From contig NC_134029.1 in NCBI RefSeq assembly GCF_964204645.1, positions 17,974,950 to 18,038,949 on the forward strand: a stretch of 64,000 nt of DNA, written 5' to 3'. Below the pieces are notes generated by a model. That model did not search any database. It saw nothing but the letters and a program-made list of their open reading frames with translations, and was not told where the DNA came from. Source of the stretch: Tubulanus polymorphus. Lineage: Eukaryota > Animalia > Nemertea. A program made the position numbers and the translations under genes. Numbering within the stretch: position 1 is the stretch's first letter; the number at the start of each line of letters is the position of its first letter. Below, one piece after another: positions 36,901 to 51,900 of the stretch.

Positions 36901-39900
36901 GTTCTCGGTTGGGGTTGGTTGATGTGGGCCGGTGCTAACAATAACATAAACAATAGTCCGTTTATAATAAATTCATTGAGTGATCTCGGACCAATACGAC
37001 AAATACAGTGTTCGGAGAAATCGCTATTCATCTTGACAAAATCTGGAAAAGTCTATTCGATGTCTTACAACACGGAAACAACGGTAAATATTCTATTTCA
37101 ATGAGTTTGTATTTTATGTAGTATTTGACAATGTTGCCACCTTACTTCTTGGCTTGGCAACCATCTTAGTGCTGCCGTGTTTCTAGGAAAAATGGAAAAA
37201 TACTGTTGCAAGTCTCGGCAGCTTCATTTGTTTAAAATGTAATGCTTTAGTGTTGAAATGATTTTAAAAATCAAGTGAAATATGAATTCTGGTGATAGAC
37301 TCATCATGTTCCCTGCAAGTGGATTTTTATCTTCTAATCAGAATGACATGTAACTAATTGGCTGGAAATATTAACAAACTGATTCATTCTCAATGTTCAT
37401 TGGTCAATGCACGTAATAGCACTACATGCACGTAATAGCCCCATTACCAACATAAAAAGAAAACTCTTTTTCAGTTTTAACTTGCAAGAATGATCATGGG
37501 AGCTTGCTTGATTATATATATATATATGTACATGACGTATGTTTAATTCATTTTTCAGCAAAGTCAACTCGTTGAGGGATTCAATGATAAAGAAGTCATA
37601 GCAGTTGCAGCACATCCGGATGGTAAACATCAGCTAGCTTTAACGTCTGATAATGATGTTTATTCCTGGGGCGATGGCGATGGTGGAAGACTCGGCCATG
37701 GAGACACTAAGTAAGTTCACTTTGCTGTTAACATCTCCCGGGTGGAGGGGTTAGAGACATCTCATACTACTTAGTGTGCCAGCCTAAGAAGCGGAAGAGA
37801 ATTTATTTAAGATAAGCATGTGAGTTGGAGAAATGAAGTGATGTTGATGCTGTCTCAAGGCTTTACAACCATCATTTCCTAGCACAAACTTCGCAACAAT
37901 TCATTGAGTGAATATCGAGACACTCCCGAAAAAGGCATCAAACGCATCTCGTTGGGTTGTCGATCTGATTTTATTTGAAAATAAAAAAACATGTCTTCAA
38001 TGATATTAAATTTCACGATAAGAAAAATATCTTATCTATAAAATGCAAGCAGCATAATTGAATTTTATCCATAAATCATTTTAGTACCAGTAATTGATAT
38101 CAAGATGACTGCCCTTCCAATATAAGTCTGCAAATGGTTAAATGAACTGATTTGAACTCCAGAATTCAATTAATCATATATCTGAGGTGTTTGTTGTCAG
38201 TACCGTAATTGCGGCATTCAACAGGTACTGGTACATAGGAAATTATTGCATCCCGTCATTTACCATTCATTGAAATATCTCTTATAGCGCTCGAGCTGTT
38301 CCGACTAAAATCAACTCGTTAGCCGGTAAACAGGTCATCGGGATCCGAGTCGGTGGAAATTACAGCGCCGCTGTTACTGGACAGGGTGAACTGTATACGT
38401 GGGGTCGAGGAATCTACGGTCGTCTCGGACACGGAAACAGCGAAGATCATTTAACGCCGACACCGGTCACCGGATTGAAAGGACAGAGAGTAGTAGACGT
38501 GGCACTCGGTAGTGGAGACGCTCAGACGCTAGCCGTCACAGATACTGGTAATTCTTACAGTTGGCTTTTCTCCGGAATTCCAATTCTATTTATGTTGTCA
38601 ATCTTAATTTTTCGTAGGGAAGATTGTGGTCACGAAAATTTCATTTTCAGCCGTAATCAAAGTAAACTTTTCAATAAACATGCTTTACTTGCTTTACTTT
38701 AACTGAGCTCCTGACTCGGTTTTCCTCACAAGCCTAAGATACTTCAAACATGTCTGTACTTAATCCATCTGAAATATCAAGAAAGGTTTATTGTGAAATT
38801 CGACAGCCAGCAGTAAAAATCTGTTCATGACATCATTAATAAACGTTTACCGATTATAGTTAGCTATATGCATGTGGTGCAATGTACTGAATATATTTGT
38901 AGGTTCCGTGTATTCATGGGGAGATGGCGATTACGGTAAACTAGGACATGGTCGCAGCGATGGTTGTAAATCACCGAAACATATCGAGAAATTACAATCG
39001 CAACATGTAACACGCGTTTATTGCGGAGCCCAATTCAGCATAGCTTTAACGAAAAATGGACGCGTCATCACCTGGTACGAGATATCGGCACTAATTATTC
39101 GCATAGCCTGGGTATCAAATTTACCCATTACGATAATTCTTCAAGCCTTTATCAGGGGTGGATCCAGCCAGACTATTTGACCGAACTTTTGAACTTTCTA
39201 TGCTTACTCTGATTATAAGAACATGGCAAGAATAAGAAAAAGAGAAAAAATTAAAGTAATGAATTTATGTAATTACATACATAAATCAGAATTTTTAGCG
39301 AAGAGACAATTTTGACTGTGTTACGTAAGCATGGTCTAGATTCACCCCTGGCTATCCAGGAATTGGACTAATTTGAAACAAAATTGATCAAATAAGTGAA
39401 TAATTATTCTAGGAGGCTAGGGATTCGATTTCTAACTTTATATCTCTAAAAAAACCAACAATTTAGATTTGTTGTGATTTTAGGGGAAAAGGCGATAACC
39501 ATCGACTAGGGCACGGTACCGAGGGTCACATGCGCGAACCGAAACGTATCGAAGCTTTGGCTCAGAAGAAGGTGTTGGACATCGCTGTCGGTTCGATGCA
39601 CACGCTGGCAATCACAGAGGACGGTGAGGTCTATAGCTGGGGTCGTAACGATCAGGGACAACTCGGTGATGGCAGTAAAATAGAGCCTACTAGGATGAAA
39701 ATACTCGATGGTAAACATATCATAGGAGCTGCATGCGGACCCGGACAAGTAAGCATTCTAGCGTTAAAGATAAAGTGAAACCTCTACAACAAACACCATT
39801 TGTTCTGTGCATAACCTCATTGAGGAGGTGTTCACTAAAAATTATGGGATTATTATATTATCAAAGACTGGAGGCTGATATTCCGAGATGCTTATGTACT

Positions 39901-42900
39901 TTAATCTGAATATTTAATTCGCAGAGTTTTGTATGGTCATCGAACAGTTACTGTGCGACCAGCGCTCGTATACCGTTTGTCGTTGATGTGTGTAAGCAGA
40001 CGTTCGAACAGTTAGACGAGCTATTAGCTGAAGTTTGCGAAGGTATGGATGGCAGAAATGACTGGCCACCTCCGCAAGAGAAAGAATGCATGGCAGTGGC
40101 TGCCCTGAATATACTCAGTCTTCAGGTTTGTAAACCATTTAAGTACCAGCCAAAATAATCAAGTCTTTATTTTGTGGCTCAAAACTCATACATGTAGAAA
40201 ATAAGAAATCATAGAAATAGTGAACTGACTAAAGTAATTCCAGGGCTTACAGTAGTTCATTTGAGATTAACTATAAGGCCCAAAGTAATGGTGCTTTATC
40301 ACAGGAGTGTTTGTTTAAAATATCACTGTCACATTCTTCGTTTTGAGCTTAAAGGTTAATCTTTAACTTAAAAACTGGTAAAGAAACTGGTTTTGGTTGC
40401 ATTTCACCAAAAGGATATGGTGTCACTGGATCCCTAGTTTAATAGCTGATAAAAAAGTTGTCTGCGTTGTACATTTCAGCTTCATACGGCAATTGCGCAT
40501 AATGAAGACCCACAGGTTCTCGGTTTGGCTCCTGGAGGTCGATTGATCAGCAGTCTTAAACAACGCATTGTTGCTTTAGCTAGTAACAATGGTGTCATTA
40601 AAACCGTTCAATTAGCTGCACAGATGGCACTACAGAATGGCTGGTGTTTATTATTACCGACTGCAGAAGAGCGGGCGCGTGCACTGTCTTCTTTATTGCC
40701 CACTGGGGGTAAGATTTAATGAAAATATTTATTTATGTTAACACGATCTCCCATTGTGTCTTTTTGCTTACTGTGACATTATTCATAAATGGCCAGTGAG
40801 CATTGCCTATGATGGGGCTTGTTTAATATACTGGTATTATCTTTAACCTGGATGCTGACTCAATTCATTTTCAGTTTAGTTTACTCCCACGGGTTAAAGT
40901 CGATACTAGTCTTTAAATCCTGGCCTAGGGTTTTTATTATAAGGAACTTAAACATTACATTTGCGGAGTTGATGCGTTTTTCTGCAAATGAAACAATCAG
41001 CAGCGGTGGCAGAACAGGAAGTAGTGGCACATGAGAAACAGTTTTACGATGTATATCTATATGATTATTTTATTAAGGTCCTCGTGATATGACTGTATTA
41101 AGCGCAGGTCAACGTTTTATGACGGATCTGCTCGTTAGCAGTCTGATGGCAGACGGAGGGCTCGAATCTGCGCTCACAAGCGCGATCAAAAGAGAAACTC
41201 AGAAAGTAGAAGAAATAATGGTTCGTACATCGATTTCAAAGTTCATCCATGGATTTCAAACAATATGTAATGAAAATATGTGATGATTATTAATTAGGAA
41301 AAAGAATCAGTTGAAGCAGATGAACGTGATAAGGTTGGCATGGCAACAAATGAATTGAAAACTCAGGAACATGCGTTAGATGTGCAGAACGACGAAGAAA
41401 GTTCTATATCATTGTTACAGCTTATTCAACAGTTGCTTAGGTAATTAGTTCCATTCAGTGCTATCGAACTTCTCGATTTCAAACAAAAGATGGTAAAGAC
41501 CATTCTTTGTAGCATTCCCTGGTTCAACCCTAAGACGGACTATATCATTTCATACATGCCCTATTGGCCTTACCATATTGTAATTGCTTATAATGTCCTT
41601 CGGACCTTAGCATGTATTTATTTTGTCTTTGCTAAATAGAACTTATTTGTAATTCAAAAAAAAAGATTGGCCTGACCATATTGTGGTAGATTTTGGTCAA
41701 CATTACACAAAAAAATATCTCAGCCCCAAATTATTGATTTGTAGCATTTTGAATAGTATAGATAAAAGATACTGATACTTATTATTACTTTTAGGGCTTC
41801 ATCAGCATTTAAGCCACCATTTCTCTGATTCAATATACCAGTAAAACAAATTACAGTGTAAATTCTCTATCCACTGTTAGAATAGCATCATAATAGATAG
41901 AAAAAGTATTTCCCTGAATTGGTTCATTTCATTGGTTCATCTAGATTTCCATGAAAACTAGGTTCCACTATAGTACGGTAATTTTAGTCTACTTATGATA
42001 TTAGAAGAATACTCGTCACTATTTTAGGTATTACTTGTGATCATATTTTCATATTATGCCATTTGAGCCGGCTGGCTTGTGTATCCCACTTAATATTGTA
42101 CAAATTATCGATACCAATACTACCTGATATGATCTTTAGAAAAGTTTGTGTACACGTTTGTGTATTCAACTCCGGTGTTTTGATATAATTAATTATCGAT
42201 ACCAATACTACCTGATATGATTATTCTTGAATTCATTCAATCTTTCTAGGAATGCATCGACTCAGACTCTGATGAAATTAAATATTCTCAGTCGAAACGA
42301 ACCACAATCTCCAACTTCAGGAACGGATGAATCGGAGAATTGCGAAGTGTCGACTTCGTTGGATCTGTTATTGAGATTTCAGCGTCTTCTGATGGCGAAA
42401 ATGTTACAGCGTACCAACGAAGACAACGGTTCAGAAAATACACGACCAAAAAGTGAACAGGGTAAATGGAAATAAATCTTTTCGAAATCTTTTTTAAGCT
42501 CATGTAAAATCGTTGAATTGTATTCAAAACCTTTTCTCAAAGTGCTAAACCTGCTTTTTAGATCTCATGTAAAATGCTTTTAATCTCATTAAAAATTTTC
42601 CATTGTTTGCCTCATGCAAAATCCCTTGCGAAAATATTTTAAATGGCATGCAAAATTCTATTACCTGCATTCAAATCCTTTTGACCATTTGATGCTTGAT
42701 GCTTGGATAAGCATCGAGAAGTACTCAATTTATAGTTACAGTTTAAATGTTCTGTTCTTTTTGTTGACCCAGATCCAGAATTGTTGGGAACTGGTTCGGT
42801 GCTGAGGAAATACGTGGCTCTTATAGTGAACTACATAACTGATATACTGCCGAAAGCTGCCAGCCTTGTAGGACAAGGTTCCAAACGATTTAACATCATC

Positions 42901-45900
42901 GCGAAAATTGTTGAGAAAGATGTTTGTGGTAGGTTCGAATGTATATCATGTATATAGGCGAATTGACAGCTTTGTAATGAAGAAAAAAGTTGAATCTAAA
43001 AGAAAAATGTATGCTGAGTGATGAGTGATTTATTATTTGATAGTTGTGCTGGTACCGGAATTGCTCACATCGATTATTCTCCTGCAAGTTCATTCTCCAC
43101 TTGTGTTGCAAGTGTCTGGTGCTGTAGAACTGCTCGAAGACGTGCTCGCTATTTTTGATAAATTCAACAGACTCGCTCCAGGTCTGTCCAAAGATGACCC
43201 GGAAGATTTGGCTTGGCCCGGAATTTGGGGTGAGTTTGAAAAAAATGCCCTTCGAAAATTGGGCGAAACTGCACAAAAACCTTCGTCTGCACATTAGCTG
43301 GCATTTACAGACCTGCTTACCCCCACGGAATTTCCGTATTTGCTACGGATTTTAATAGCTGAATACGGAAGTACGGATGCTCCGTAAAAACTACGGTTTT
43401 TCATCCGTTTTTTTCAAAATACGGATTTGTTTTATCTTCCTATATGAAAATACGGCTATAGTATATCATCACATCTGTGAACACGGTTATGAACTTTCAA
43501 AAACGGGAGTACGGGTTCTTTTACTTCTACTGCTGGTAAATCGGGTCAGAGTATTGAATATATGGCAGTGGCGTACACGTGCGTCTATCTATTCTTTCAC
43601 TGCATTGCTGCTGTGTATGATCAATATAATCTCTTTACACACGCTATAGCCTACACACAGTCACTCGTGACAGCATACCAATGCTAACATAGGCGCGCGC
43701 GTTATGATTACGTTTTCATACCGTGTTTGAATGAGAAGTTTCTAAAATGAATGAACTTTCAATGAATATTTTATCGTGTCCTGAAAAATACTAACAAGTA
43801 TGAATAAACGTCGAGATAAATATTTCTTCAGCTGGCAAAACCTGGGGTTATTGACTTAATTGTGGTTTTTGCTGTATTTCGTGTGGCCAGGCTTTTTTAT
43901 TTTGAAGGTAGGTCTAATGTCAGAAGGCGAAATGAAAATGAAATTGTTTTTTGTATTTTCTTTTTAAACGATTATTTTCCTGACTTAATTAATAGACATT
44001 TTCATCCTTGGGGAAAACCCACTACTCAACCTTTCATCACAGTGGCAGCACCTTCCTGATACCTTTTCCATAATACTAAGTAGATTCACTCCCGGGAAAA
44101 GATCAGTATTGCTTAATTAAATGCCACATTTTGAAAATACTGTGTGTTAATACTGCTCGAGGTTTTTTATCCTTCCCATCCTCAGATTTTGGTTCTCATT
44201 GACCAGAGGAACAATGAAAAATTTAAAAAGTAAAGAATTTTCAATTTTATTTTTTTTTATTAATTCTGTTTTCTGATACTACTGATACTCTAAAGGAAAC
44301 TACTGGTTTTATGATATGAAACTATTGATGCTTAATTGGAAACTATTGACAGACAAATATTTATTAAAACTACTGATGTGAGCTTATTTTTACTGAAATA
44401 AATATGCAATACTACTGATGTTGAAATTTTGGGGTAACCAGGTTTGCATTTATGGTAATAGAGCGTTTGAAAAAAGGTGGCTCCATGAAAATCCTTAAAA
44501 TCACCTCATTTATCATCAACATCGATTAACGCTTTAGAATTTGCAACTATAGAAATTCAAGATGGTTGAGAATTGATAGAAATAATACACTGTAATTTAG
44601 AATTTAAGCTAAATATTCCATGTAACAATAGATAGGTGGTATATTGAAATAGGTGACATCATAAATACACAAGGAGAAGTGTTTATGCCCATATTCTAAT
44701 ACACATGTACATTGGGTATGTGTGCAACTTGCAAGGGAAATGCTCAAACTCTTTTGCCATCCACTGGCAGGCATTAAGGCTTTTATGAAGTTATCGATTC
44801 AATAGAGCAGAACTAGGTGAAACTAAAAATACCAAACTGTACATTTTTCCTCTTAATGTAATCTTATTGACTTTCATGTTTTGGTATCTTTACCGCTAGC
44901 CTTGTGTATACTGGGTATTGAACTAAGTAGACCTATCAATCATATCTCCCTGGAAGAAATGACATATGAGCTGCTTCTTAGCACTCGACAGTTGCCTCAG
45001 GGCAGGTCATGTTTTTGTGGGTGAAGAGAGGATGAATACCATTACTGACCCGTCAAATATTCTTACCTATTGGGAGCTCAAATAGGCCTCCCATGTTCAC
45101 CAGACGATGATATATCCTACTGCTCAATGTTTTGATGAAATAGTTTAAGGCTCTGCATGTGAAATTATTGTTTTTCATCCTTGGTAGGAAATCCTTTGGA
45201 TCGTTACACAAAGCGATCGCGATTGAGCGACGACATCCAAGTTATTCGTAAGGCCGACCTCGAAAATCATAATAAAGATGGCGGATTATGGGTGGTAATT
45301 CATGGCAAGGTCTATGACGTACAGGATTTTAAGAGTCAAGCTCCATGCGGTAGCGATAGATTAGTAGAATATGCGGCACGCGACGCGACGGCTGCGTTCG
45401 AAGCTGTTCATCATTCAGCTGAAGCGAGGGAGTTAATGCATGGATATTGTGTAGGACAGTATCTAGATGTAAGTATAAAGTCTTAATTGATGTTTGCTAC
45501 CGAGATCTAAGTTTTCCGTTTTTCTAATTTGTTGACATATGTGAGTTTTCCAATTGATGAAATCGAATGAAGCACTCGCTCCTGGAATCAGTAGCCATCT
45601 GCCTTCGTTTCTTTGGCGTATCGCAATTTTAATATTTTTGGGGGGTTTTACCATTTACATCTCTGTTAATATGTTCTTAATAATTTTTTTGTATCTATGT
45701 TTTGGATTGGTTGATGTGTGGGACAGAGGTGTTTCAGCTTCTGGAATGCCATAAGCAATCACAGAATATGCAGCATAAGTTTTTAGGCCACTTGGCTGAA
45801 GGCCACCTGGGCATATGCTGTACCCCTGGATCTTAGTGGTGGTCTGGCATACAACAGATTTCTTGTGAACACTGTACAGATCACATTTTTTTACCATTCG

Positions 45901-48900
45901 TCTTCAAATCTGAATGTATTGTGTATGCCATCTTGGTTCCTAAATTTGGCTATCAACTGATACAATATTCCATGAAGAGCTTTCATTTTCATATGAGAAT
46001 GAGAAATGAAATGGTCTTGACGACCAAACAAGGTCATGATATCTTAAAATATGGCCAACTGGGGGGCCACCTTTGATTAAATTTCTCATTTTTATTTTAC
46101 AATTACGATTGGTATAAATTTTTTTTAAACGGCCGTTAAGGCTTCATCTTTCGTCTGCAATTCACTGCAAATAGTTACGCAACTACGAACATTTCAGTGT
46201 TTTTGGCAGCTGTACACTCAATCGGCACCGTTCGTGACTAGCTTCACTGCGGAATTATCATTAATTAACATCGCCATATCACATCATCAACTTATATTGT
46301 GCCTTAAAACCCTAACAGCCGAAATAATTGAAATGCACACACGATTTCTATCATTGAAAATTGAGAGAGTGGCCATGTTTGTGTTTGCTGCTTCGCGTAA
46401 ATCCCGCGCGGTGGCGCGACCGCGCGGAGTGGGGCCGATACGTCCAGTTTTTTGTTCATGCCTGGGAGTTGACTATTGGATTAATATAATTTTTTATTGG
46501 TACCTAAGCATATTTTGTTACTGCTACAAATTGCAAAGTTGTAGTTAACAACATGTGCTATGAAATTTAAAAAAGGACCTTGTTAAGATTTACAGGCGGT
46601 CTTTCACAAAAATCTGATCGCAAAAATATCAGTTTTGAGGAGCGAGAGAGAAAAGTCTCCTCTATGATTGGATTGGCTGCAGAAATAGCACAGGCGTTTA
46701 AGCAAACTTGCAGTATCATCTTCTATTTTACTTCCGGGTTTTATTTTAAGATCAAATGTAGAATTTCAAGATCGATTCCTGTAAAATCCTGAGCTAATTT
46801 GGTTTTTGGGAATAATTCTTATTTGCTCTACAAAAGATTTATCCTTGACAACTGTGCAAAGGTGGGAAAAATGGTTTCTTTTCTCATATCGGCACTAGGC
46901 ATGGATGACCTTGATATGCTAATTAGCCATGTATTTATATTGCATATCCAATTAATTTTCATTATACATTCAAATCAATGCAAGTCATAAGTCTAGTATC
47001 CTTCTATTTCTCTTGCTAATAGTTCCAACTTGACCTTTATCGGTGCATGTAGCTGCAAAAGAATGACACTCATATTTTCAGATCAGTTGGGCTTGACCCA
47101 TGACATGTCAAGGGGGATGTGTTCATGGATGAATGCGCTATTCTAGTGTAATCACTGATGTGTTAATTGTAAACATCAATGACACAAAATGAGGCTTGAA
47201 TTTTGAACTCGCACATAACTTCATAAATTCTAATCCTATACTTCTACTACTAGTATTTTAACTGTTACTACAGGTATCAATTTACATGGAAATACGAACA
47301 ACGTTACGCATATTTTTGCCTCATCAGTGGTTCAACCTAACCTTAATTGGTAATTCAATAACTGCAGTACATATATTGCAATTTCTGGTCTCTGAGCATC
47401 AGTGCACATTTGACTTCGGAGTTTGGTGGTTCGGTGTCCGTTTGTATCGTGGTCCATTTCCGCTGATATATAGAAATAACTGAGATACAACTCGTCGCAA
47501 GAATTTGATCAGCGATTGAAAACCAGTGACCGTGCGAGTTCAAGCTGACATAATGATGATAGGAAATATATCGGATAGTGCCAGGTTTCCCGACTTGAAT
47601 GGATCGCACATGACGACCACGACCGATAGTGGAGAATTCAAACCTCATCCTCGGCGTAAATACATTCATCATGCTGATGATTATAAACTGTTTCACGTGA
47701 ATCTGGTATTGCAGTTCACAACTTACTTTATAGTCTGTATTGTATTCTTCGGTTTTGGGTTGGATTTTCTGTCATTCATTATTTTCAAAAGAACGTTCCG
47801 AAAACACCAGCATATTCTATTTGAGATGCTAACGACACACGTTTTTACTAGACATAACTGCTGAAATAGACCACGCTATGAAGCGTCATTATATCTACAC
47901 CAGTCTCATTCGAATTATATTTGTGAATATCAGTGATCAGATAACGTTGTTAATAGCTGGAGATAGATATATCGTTGTTTGTTTACCTTTGAAAGCGGTA
48001 AGAATTGTAAGTTTGAAGGAGAGTTATATCTGCGTCGCTTTATTTGTTACAATATCAGTCGGGGAGCGGGTTCAAGTCGTGTTCAAATACGCTAATTAGC
48101 CATGGGCACAAATAGCTAAATAATAAACAGCACCGCTCCAGTAAAACTGAGCTGTTTTAGGCCCAGTTCAGCAAAAACTAAACCAAATTCACAGTCTCAT
48201 CCAACCTATAAATGGTGATAACGATACTGCAAGGTATATCAACAGATTATAAATTACAGAAATTCAATCAAATTTTATTCAGCAAATACATCAAAATACA
48301 ATTCTATTTTATTCTGGAGGCTGATTATTGAGATGAAGGAAAAACAAATAAATCTCAAGCATTTGTTCCTTGCATCCGCCTGTCTGAGTAACTTAAAAAA
48401 GGTTTTTGGAAGAAAATATCAACAGGTTTAACTCTTCGAGTCTTGATATCCGATAATCGTTAGCACTATCATAAGACACATCTCATGCGGAATATGGAGT
48501 ACATTCTCCCCAAACTTGAGAGTTTGATACAGACACCATTTTATCTATTTGTAGTGCATTCCTATTCCTATTTCTATGCATATTTTATAACTGCAATCAA
48601 TTGCCAAGTTGAAGCTTATATGTGGTGAGTTTCAAGGTCATTGATTTCTGTATTTATTCTCCGGAGGGTGTTGAATATTGACACTGTCAGATTTTTAACA
48701 TTTCACCAAGTCGGTATGGTGTTTCTGGACCCCAAGTTTTATTTGGTAGTTAACAAGAGTGAAGAAAATAAATGTTTAACTGAATTCCAATGTGTGAATT
48801 GACTATTTCAGCCTGAAGATGATGTTGTCCATGTAGCGGATATGATGTTTGTTTCGTCACCATTGATGGACACCGAGCGAACACTGGGGGTATTGCTTGG

Positions 48901-51900
48901 TCTTCACGCATACAGCCAGACATGTAGTACACCGTTATCTGAAGAGGAAGAAGAACATAAACACTGGCTGGAATCGGATTTCTTCCGGGGGGGTTTACAG
49001 ATCCTACAACCTCAAGATCCATTTGAAGAGGAAAAGGGAGAGGTTCGCACTCCCAGTTCTTGTACTACAACACCTGGTAAGTTTTTTAAAATAACCAGTA
49101 GAAATGATACCTTGTTTCCACAATCGGCCTGGTTTCTTTTTTTATATACTGCAATGAAATTTGCAATCAGTTCATTTCTATAACTGCCGGATCTGTTATT
49201 GTTAGCTTGATGATGATTTCAAACAAGAACTGTACTGCTGAAATGAGAAACAAGGTATAAATTTTTTAGCTGTATTTTTTTCAAATTATTCAACTGAGTT
49301 GTTATCGGGGAATTCTTTGTACCTATGGTTTGAATTCGTTGAGGGGTAATGCGGGTATCTTTCGATTGGCTTGCATGACTTTGCAACCCCATCGACATTT
49401 TTGGACTTAGTAATATGCATCAAAATTATTTCTATTTAGGCACCACTCCTACAACGGAATCAAGGGTTCCTCCGCAGCAAGTTGATAAAGAACGATTGAT
49501 CGAACAACAAACTTTGCAGTTTGATGCCTCCCACCCGTTTCTACAAGCACTCGCTGAAAGTCGCGTGCAGGAGGATCATGTTAAAGTATTTCTTGGTTAT
49601 GTTGAAAGATACTGTCGACACCATCATTTAATAACTCCAATTACATTCCCATCTGATCATCCTGTTGAGGAAGTTGGTCGGTAAGTCATCAGTTGATACG
49701 ATCCTAGAATCATTCTCTGGGAATTCGGATAATGCTATTGACCACTGTGTTTCTTCATCAATATGTGATTCAATAAAAGATTTATGAATTGTAACATTTC
49801 AAACCTAGAAATTTCTCTGATTCACTTTTTTGTGTTATCACATGGAAAAATCGGGGAAAACCTAGGGGCTTTGTAAATGGGTGGAAAGTGGCCACCCTGA
49901 CGGGGAATTCTATGGATTGTCTGAAATTTGAACTGTTCATGACTGATTAGTTAACAAATGATGAATTTACATTTAGGTTGTTGATGGCTGTCTTGTTGAA
50001 ACACAGCGACTTAGGACACGTGGCTCTTTCTCTAGTGGATCATGGTATAGGAGAACCATCCCATAAAACCGTGTTACCGCGTTCCATCGCAGAAGTTTGT
50101 AAAGTTGTCTGTCAAGTGAAACGATCATTAATCAAGGTAAAGTATATTTTGATGCTCTTGAATTCTTAACCCTTCCAAAGAGTTGACTTGACTCAAAAAT
50201 AGTTTTAATGGTTTTAAGTCTTAAGTACTGTCTAAGAAAGTTATTGAGAGTTAGGTTCCTTTCTGTTGATATCAGATACGTGTATATGAAAAAAATAACT
50301 ATCGAATCATTGGTAAAATCCAAACGGAGAAGTTCAAAATTTAATTTCCAGGTATTTCTTATAAAACAACTACCTGTGACTATTCATAATTATGATGATA
50401 ATCACAGGAATAACAATAGGGTTTTCTGCCAAATAGGTGTAAATCACAAATGAAAGTGTCATTTATGAAAAATATAATTTGTCACTAAATTATTTGCTCG
50501 AGAAGAAAGGATAGAATTTTTTAGGTTAGTCTTTCACTGGTCAAGCAGTGAAGGGCTTAAATACATGTCCGTTTAAGCAAGCGTGTGAAAGCAAAAAATA
50601 ATGCCATTTTTTAGATGCATCAAGACCTAGGTCGTTCATATAAAGAGGTGTGTGCTCCGATGATTGAAAGATGTCATTTTCTATTCAACGAACTTCGACC
50701 GGCGGTTGGAAACGAGGTTTATTCCCTGACCAGTTCTAGATTACTAAAAAGCACTCCGCGATGGAAAACTATCGTTCGTAGAATCATCGTCGAAAAGCAA
50801 AATGAGAAAAGTAGGTATCGCCGGTCTTCAGTCTGAGTTGCTAATTAATCTACGATTGCCAGGGACAGTCCTTGGAAAATGCTCTTCTGTCTTAGATCAA
50901 GTCATCCTTTACTTGCTGAAAATCATTAGGTCTCTAGAAATAGTTTAAATTCTCAAGTCTTCTTTGTATCCAAGATTTTTACTTCTCATCTCAAATTCCA
51001 TAACCTAAGTGAACCTGAGATTGTAAAGCCATGTTTTCTTTGAACAAACTTCACAACTGAATATCTTGTCTTCGAATAGAATTATTAGCAGAACGTAACA
51101 ATGAACCTGCGGCGGAGATTACCGACTCAACCGATAGCCCCAGTTTACCCGACGACAAGAAATCCGATGATGATCAAACAATCACCGAGCAACAGCCTGT
51201 GCAGATGCTTTCAGATACCAATAGTAGAATTCCTAAAAAGGTAATTTATACGTGACATGTCTTAAGAATTCGGAAGGAATTACATCTGACACCCAATACC
51301 ATTTTAGAGCAGTTTCTGCTATTTGAATCTCTTAAATTTCTTTTTCATTGGAAATTCGCCTTAAAAACCTAGTTTTATCAAAAAATGAACTTTTGTCTGA
51401 TATTCAAAGGATAATGAATGCTTTCAATATGAGACTAGAATATGACTACTATTTTGCGTTAAGAACTACTCCAAATACCAAGGCATACCAAATGGATATA
51501 CCTCGTTAATACGGTTCTCTTACACACGAAACCCGTTTATTAAGATTATTTTCAGCGTGTCCCAGCTAACATATTCTATATCAATCCAGATTTGTATGAG
51601 ACGAAACCTGTTTTATACGACAATTTCAATTCTGTCCAAGTTAGTACAGGTCTTGTCATAGATGGTCCATTTGATTAGTTTGCTACCTCTGTTTAGGTTG
51701 TCCTCAAAAATTATCAACTTTTGTATTGTTTACTTGATGAAGAATAATTTCCTTGCTTCTCATTTGCTTGTTTTGACTATTTTGAGGCACTTTTACAAAA
51801 CTGAATCGATGATCGATTCAAATTGTACATTTACGGTATTCAGTTCGGTGAATCTGGTTTGGTAAATAAATAAACACTTTAATGGATGCAGTTAAATAAG

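Noticed and set aside
46234-46548. Duplicated [12 protein letters not shown]... (also at 56334)
   Set aside because: Lies inside the Helitron-like repeat, has a GTG start and no domain
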